From: Terriglobia bacterium
GTDB taxonomy: Bacteria > Acidobacteriota > Terriglobia > JAJPHL01 > JAPKYU01
DNA: 64,000 nt
Reading direction: 5' to 3'
NCBI GenBank assembly: GCA_965223005.1
Contig: CBDCVK010000008.1
Location: 32,001-96,000, forward strand
This document shows, piece by piece, positions 59,588 through 64,000 of this stretch (positions are counted from its first letter, which is position 1; each line of letters opens with the position of its first letter). A program made the translations under genes and the position numbers. The notes under the pieces are model-generated. The model was not told where the DNA came from and ran no database searches. It saw only the letters and a program-made list of their open reading frames with translations.

Positions 59588-61570
59588 CTACAGTCTGGCG
59601 ATCACAATCACAGTGAGTACGCTGAAGAAGGTGCCGGCACACAGCACTCCCAATTGCACCATCCAGTGGGATCGCAGCGGCGGGGGCAGAAAAACGCGAT
59701 TGAGGTAAAAGGTATGGAAAGCGTTAGCTGCCAGGACGGCGTTCGCCAGGCCCGCTCCAAACTTGGCGAGCTGCAGAGGATCGAGGAAGGCCAGCGAGAA
59801 CAGGCCCCAGAATCCGTACACTATCAGGATGCCATAGTAAACATACTTGACCTGATTTCCCTGAAGCCGTTGCGCACTTTTACTCGTGGCCCAGATGAGG
59901 TCTGTCCAGAGGCGGGCAATGATGTCGGTTGCAAACACCTGCCCGGGACCCAGGATCACGAAGCCACAAAGCAAGGTCACAAACCAGAGGAGTGGTCCGT
60001 AGTCGGGATACTGTTGCGCCATACCTCCGGCGGTCATGGCCGCAATGCGGTCGCCCACCACCGGGGCGTGACGGATGAAACGCAAGGAAATCATGCAGGG
60101 CAGCGCCATGCCCAACAGCGAGGCGACCATCCAGATGCCGGCCTGGTCGCGCCACATGTGGCGGATCCAGCCGCGCCATCGGACCAGGTTCGCGGCACTG
60201 AGGGGAAAGACCTGGCCGGTATGAGAAAGGGTAACCCGTCCCCCGCCAACGGCGCTGGGGATGGCCCCCACGCGAGCTCCCATTCCCCAACCTTTATCCC
60301 GCACGTAATTCGATATCAGAGCATTGGCGATCCCGCCCGCGCCGGCGATGGAGGCAAAGGCGGCCAGCAGTGCCCAGTCCAGGTCGGGAAGCTGACCACC
60401 GCCAAACAGGTAGCCGAGGAGGTTTTTATGCTCGACACCCCGATTGCGTACCAGCTCAGTGAACGTCGAGGCCAGCGGCTCAGGGATTTCTTCCAGTTTT
60501 GTCCAGCTTGACCGCTGATCGCCCTCCTGCGCCGAAAACGCTACCGGCCTCCATCTCCCGTTCGAATCCACATCACCTTCAACGACAAGGATCTTCTCCT
60601 CCTGCCGGTGCCGGACAAAGAATCCCCCCTGTTCGACGCGAGCCATCGCTGCAGCAACCATCCGTTGATATCGCGGTTGAAGATCGGGGGAAATGCTGTC
60701 GCCCATCGCGAAGCTCTGCTGATTTTCTCCGGTGCGGACGATGAACGAGGTTACCAGTGGCTGCCCATCCTCCAGCGTGCCCCTCACGGTATAAACGGAC
60801 GGCCCATCGTATTCGGTAAGGGTGAAGTGGGGACCCAGGATAATCGTCTCGGCGCGCTCCGGCACCGTACCAATCCGGAAAAAACCCTGGACCACTTCCC
60901 AAGCAATGTTGCCGGGAACCATCAGTGCACAGATGATGATGAAGTAACCCAGGACCAGGACCAGCTTGGTGGTCATGAGCCACTCGATCATCCTGTAAAC
61001 GGTTCCTCCGAAAATCAGGGGCACGAATGCTCCCAGGAACACGCAGTAGCCCAGGACCTTGACGAACGCGCTCTCAGAGATCGTTAATCCAAGTATGGTG
61101 ATCGTGGCGTCGCCAGGGAGATGGCCGAGGATGGCCGCCGCCAACGGAACCGCGGCATTGGCGGCCATGAAAGGAAAAATGTCAGAGATCATTAAAGTCA
61201 CATAAACGATTGCCCAGAGCCGCGGACCGGGCCGGGTGCGGAAAAATCCGACCCAGACTGGTTCGCCCGTGTAAAGCGTATATCGGATCACTTCGAGGTT
61301 GACGAACAGCTGAGTAACGATGCTGAGGGCGGCCAGCCACAGGAGGACGGCGCCATATTGAGCCGTGACCGCCGGTCCGAACAGCCACTCTCCACCGCCA
61401 ATCGAAGCGCCCGCAAGCAGCAGTCCCGGCCCGACCGCTTTCTTTAAATAGGCGAGGCCGCCTGGTGGTGCGGATGGCAAATCCCCAGTCGTCCAGGGAC
61501 GTAGCGCGCCAGCCTCCACAAGCTTCGGTGTCTGGGATTCAGATAGGTTCGTGTCCTGGCCCGACTCCAT
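59588..61570 (-). CDS. Nramp/APC-superfamily-like transporter with large soluble insertion (copy A)
   Basis: GPGLLLAGASIGGGEW..GP, E..RYTL.TGE, RDKGWGMG; about 11 TMs. Confidence 0.8.
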   Translation of the reverse strand: MESGQDTNLSESQTPKLVEAGALRPWTTGDLPSAPPGGLAYLKKAVGPGLLLAGASIGGGEWLFGPAVTAQYGAVLLWLAALSIVTQLFVNLEVIRYTLYTGEPVWVGFFRTRPGPRLWAIVYVTLMISDIFPFMAANAAVPLAAAILGHLPGDATITILGLTISESAFVKVLGYCVFLGAFVPLIFGGTVYRMIEWLMTTKLVLVLGYFIIICALMVPGNIAWEVVQGFFRIGTVPERAETIILGPHFTLTEYDGPSVYTVRGTLEDGQPLVTSFIVRTGENQQSFAMGDSISPDLQPRYQRMVAAAMARVEQGGFFVRHRQEEKILVVEGDVDSNGRWRPVAFSAQEGDQRSSWTKLEEIPEPLASTFTELVRNRGVEHKNLLGYLFGGGQLPDLDWALLAAFASIAGAGGIANALISNYVRDKGWGMGARVGAIPSAVGGGRVTLSHTGQVFPLSAANLVRWRGWIRHMWRDQAGIWMVASLLGMALPCMISLRFIRHAPVVGDRIAAMTAGGMAQQYPDYGPLLWFVTLLCGFVILGPGQVFATDIIARLWTDLIWATSKSAQRLQGNQVKYVYYGILIVYGFWGLFSLAFLDPLQLAKFGAGLANAVLAANAFHTFYLNRVFLPPPLRSHWMVQLGVLCAGTFFSVLTVIVIARL

Positions 61571-61621
61571 AGCACCTCCAGTTTGGATAAGTCCTCGCCT
61601 GCTGGCGGGAGGCTCCCGGCG

Positions 61622-63604
61622 CTACACTCTGGCGATCACAATCGCACTGAGTACGCCGAAGAAGACGCCGGCGCACAGCAGTCCCAATTGCACAATCCAG
61701 TGGGATCGTAGCGATGGGGGCAGAAAAACGCGATTGGTGTAGAAGGTGTGGAAAGCGGTAGCCGCCAGAACGACGTTTGCGAGGCCCGCTCCAATCTTGG
61801 CGATTTGCAGAGGATCGAGGAAGGCCAGCGAGTACACGCCCCAGGATCCGTACACAACCAGGATGCCGTAGTAAATATACTTGACCTGGTTTCCCTGAAG
61901 CCGTTGCGCCCTCTTATTCGACACCCAGAGAAGGTCTGTCCAGAGGCGGGCGATGATGTCGGCTGCAAACACCTGCCCGGGACCCAGCACCATGAAGCCA
62001 GTAAACAAGGTCAGGATCCAGAGGAGTGGTCCGTAGTCAGGATACTGTTGCGCCATAGCTCCTGCGGTCATGGCCGCAACTCGGTCGCCCACCACCGGGG
62101 CGTGACGGATGAAGCGCAAGGAAATCATGCAGGGCAGCGCCATGCCCAACAGCGAGGCGATCATCCAGATGCAAAGCTGGTCGCGCCAAATGTGGCGGAT
62201 CCAGCCGCGCCAGCGGCCCAGGTTCGCGGTACTGAGAGGAAAGACCTGGCCGGTATGAGAAAGGGTAACCCGTCCCCCGCCAACGGCACTGGGGATGGCC
62301 CCCACGCGAGCTCCCATTCCCCAGCCTTTATCCCGCACGTAATTCGATAAGAGAGCATTGGCGATCCCGCCCGCGCCGGCGATGGAGGCAAAGGCGGCCA
62401 GCAGTGCCCAGTCCAGGTCGGGAAGCTGACCACCGCCAAACAGATAGCCGAGGAGGTTTTTGTGCTCGACACCCCGATTGCGTACCAGTTCCGTGAACGT
62501 CGAGGCCAGTGGCCCAGGGATTTCTTCCAGTTTTGTCCAGCTTGACTGCTGATCGCCCTCCCGCGCTGAAAACGCCACCGGCTTCCAGCTCCCGTCCGAA
62601 TCCACATCACCTTCGACGACAAGGATCTTCTCTCCCTGCCGGTGCCGGACAAAGAACCCCCCCTGTTCGACGCGAGCCAGCGCCGCGGCAACCATCCGTT
62701 GATATCGCGGTTGAAGGTCGGGAGAAATGCTGTCGCCCATGGCGAAGCTCTGCTTATTTTCCCCGGTGCGGACGATAAATGAGGTTACGAGTGGCTGCCC
62801 ATCCTCCAGCGTGCCCCTCACGGTATAAACGGACGGCCCATCGCGTTCGGTGAGGGTGAAGTGGGGACCCAGGATAATCGTCTCGGCGCGCAGCGGCACC
62901 GTGCCAAACCGGAAAAAGCCCTGGACTACTTCCCAAGCAATGTTGCCAGGTACCATCAGGGCTGCGATGATGATGGAGTAACCCAGGACCAGAACCAGCT
63001 TGGTGGTCATGAGCCACTCGATCACCTTGTAAATGGTTCCTCCGAAAATCAGGGGGACGAATGCTCCCAGGAACACGCAGTAGCCCAGGACCTTGACGAA
63101 CGTGCTCTCGGAAATCGTGAATCCAACTATGGTGATCGTGGCGTCGCCGGGGAGATGGCCGAGGATGGCCGCCGCCAACGGAACCGCGGCATTGGCGGCC
63201 ATGAAAGGCCAGATCATATAGGAACATAAAAGCACATAAAAGCCGGTCCAGAGCCGCGGGCCCGGGCGGGTGCGGAAAAATCCAACGAAGATGGGTTCGC
63301 CTGAGTAGAGCGTATATCGGATCAATTCGAGGTTGATAAACAGCTGGCCGGCGATGCTGAGGAAGGCCAGCCAAAGGAGGACGGCCCCATATTGAGCCGA
63401 GACCGCCGGCCCGAACAGCCACTCTCCAGCGCCAATCGAAGCGCCCGCGAACAGCAGTCCCGGCCCGATCGCTTTCTTCCAATAGGCGAGGCCGCCTCCC
63501 GGTGCGGGGGGCAAATCTCCGGTCGTCCAGGGACGGAGCGCGCCAGCCTCCACAAATTCCGGCGTTTGGGTTTCAGATAGGTTCGCGTCCTGGCCCGACT
63601 CCAT
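61622..63604 (-). CDS. Nramp/APC-superfamily-like transporter with large soluble insertion (copy B, tandem paralogue)
   Basis: Same 660-aa length and colinear with copy A; shared RBS ggaggtgctATG. Confidence 0.8.
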   Translation of the reverse strand: MESGQDANLSETQTPEFVEAGALRPWTTGDLPPAPGGGLAYWKKAIGPGLLFAGASIGAGEWLFGPAVSAQYGAVLLWLAFLSIAGQLFINLELIRYTLYSGEPIFVGFFRTRPGPRLWTGFYVLLCSYMIWPFMAANAAVPLAAAILGHLPGDATITIVGFTISESTFVKVLGYCVFLGAFVPLIFGGTIYKVIEWLMTTKLVLVLGYSIIIAALMVPGNIAWEVVQGFFRFGTVPLRAETIILGPHFTLTERDGPSVYTVRGTLEDGQPLVTSFIVRTGENKQSFAMGDSISPDLQPRYQRMVAAALARVEQGGFFVRHRQGEKILVVEGDVDSDGSWKPVAFSAREGDQQSSWTKLEEIPGPLASTFTELVRNRGVEHKNLLGYLFGGGQLPDLDWALLAAFASIAGAGGIANALLSNYVRDKGWGMGARVGAIPSAVGGGRVTLSHTGQVFPLSTANLGRWRGWIRHIWRDQLCIWMIASLLGMALPCMISLRFIRHAPVVGDRVAAMTAGAMAQQYPDYGPLLWILTLFTGFMVLGPGQVFAADIIARLWTDLLWVSNKRAQRLQGNQVKYIYYGILVVYGSWGVYSLAFLDPLQIAKIGAGLANVVLAATAFHTFYTNRVFLPPSLRSHWIVQLGLLCAGVFFGVLSAIVIARV

Positions 63605-63815
63605 AGCACCTCCTGCTTAGATACGTCTTGGCCTACCGGCTGCTGAAGGGGGCTTCCGCGCCAGCAGCCCGGAACGTATCATGTATAACTGGTTTGAACA
63701 ACTTGCTTGACGTGCTTTTCCTCGCACCACAGCCGGGGCAAAATAACTCGGCCCGCGAAGAAAAATGGAAGTCAGATAAGTTGGATTTGCTGTCGTAACT
63801 GGAGGCCGAGCAACG

Positions 63816-64000
63816 GTGTCAAACAGACCGCCCGCGGGCAGCTCCTTCCTGGATCGCTTGGGTATTTCTGCCGTCATCTTTGACCTGGACGGCGTGCTGA
63901 TTGACTCCATGCCCTTTCACTACGAGGCCTACCGGCGGCTGCTGGCCGAGGAAGGTCTGCCGCTGGAGCGGATGGAGATTTACCTGCGCGAAGGCCTGGG
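63816..64000 (+). CDS. HAD-family phosphatase (beta-PGM-like), 5' part, runs off the window
   Basis: GGAGG RBS, GTG start, AVIFDLDGVLIDSMPFHYEAY motif I. Confidence 0.85.
   Translation, partial: MSNRPPAGSSFLDRLGISAVIFDLDGVLIDSMPFHYEAYRRLLAEEGLPLERMEIYLREGL

Overview
GC-rich bacterial chromosomal window, most consistent with Acidobacteriota (inferred from gene content: ECF/Ser-Thr kinase pair, DUF1501/DUF1553 modules, TPR-GAF-GGDEF-like protein, RRM protein). The housekeeping backbone comprises nrdJ with tandem NrdR boxes, argF-G-H-R with tandem ARG boxes divergent from a glutamate dehydrogenase, lepA, hbd-crt-ribH-nusB, mobA/fdhD and three tRNAs (Asp-GTC, Leu-CAA, Met/Ile2-CAT). Accessory DNA includes a 5.6 kb island bounded by a 25-bp duplication of the tRNA-Asp 3' end, several eroded tyrosine-integrase tails next to tRNAs, and a tandemly duplicated transporter. 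The strongest unannotated signal is at 50700-50905. A probably leaderless 32-codon peptide with six Cys codons (MVQFGRRELRLCCPTPGCCCPCGRLSGGRFVS) is embedded in a complete 1:2 / 2:3 / 3:4 terminator-antiterminator architecture directly upstream of a siroheme sulfite reductase, which makes it a candidate cysteine-sensing transcription attenuator. The second is an hcmB-CoA ligase-hcmA cluster carrying the Ile/Asp signature of B12-dependent 2-hydroxyisobutyryl-CoA mutase. All calls come from reading the sequence by eye; no database searches were run.
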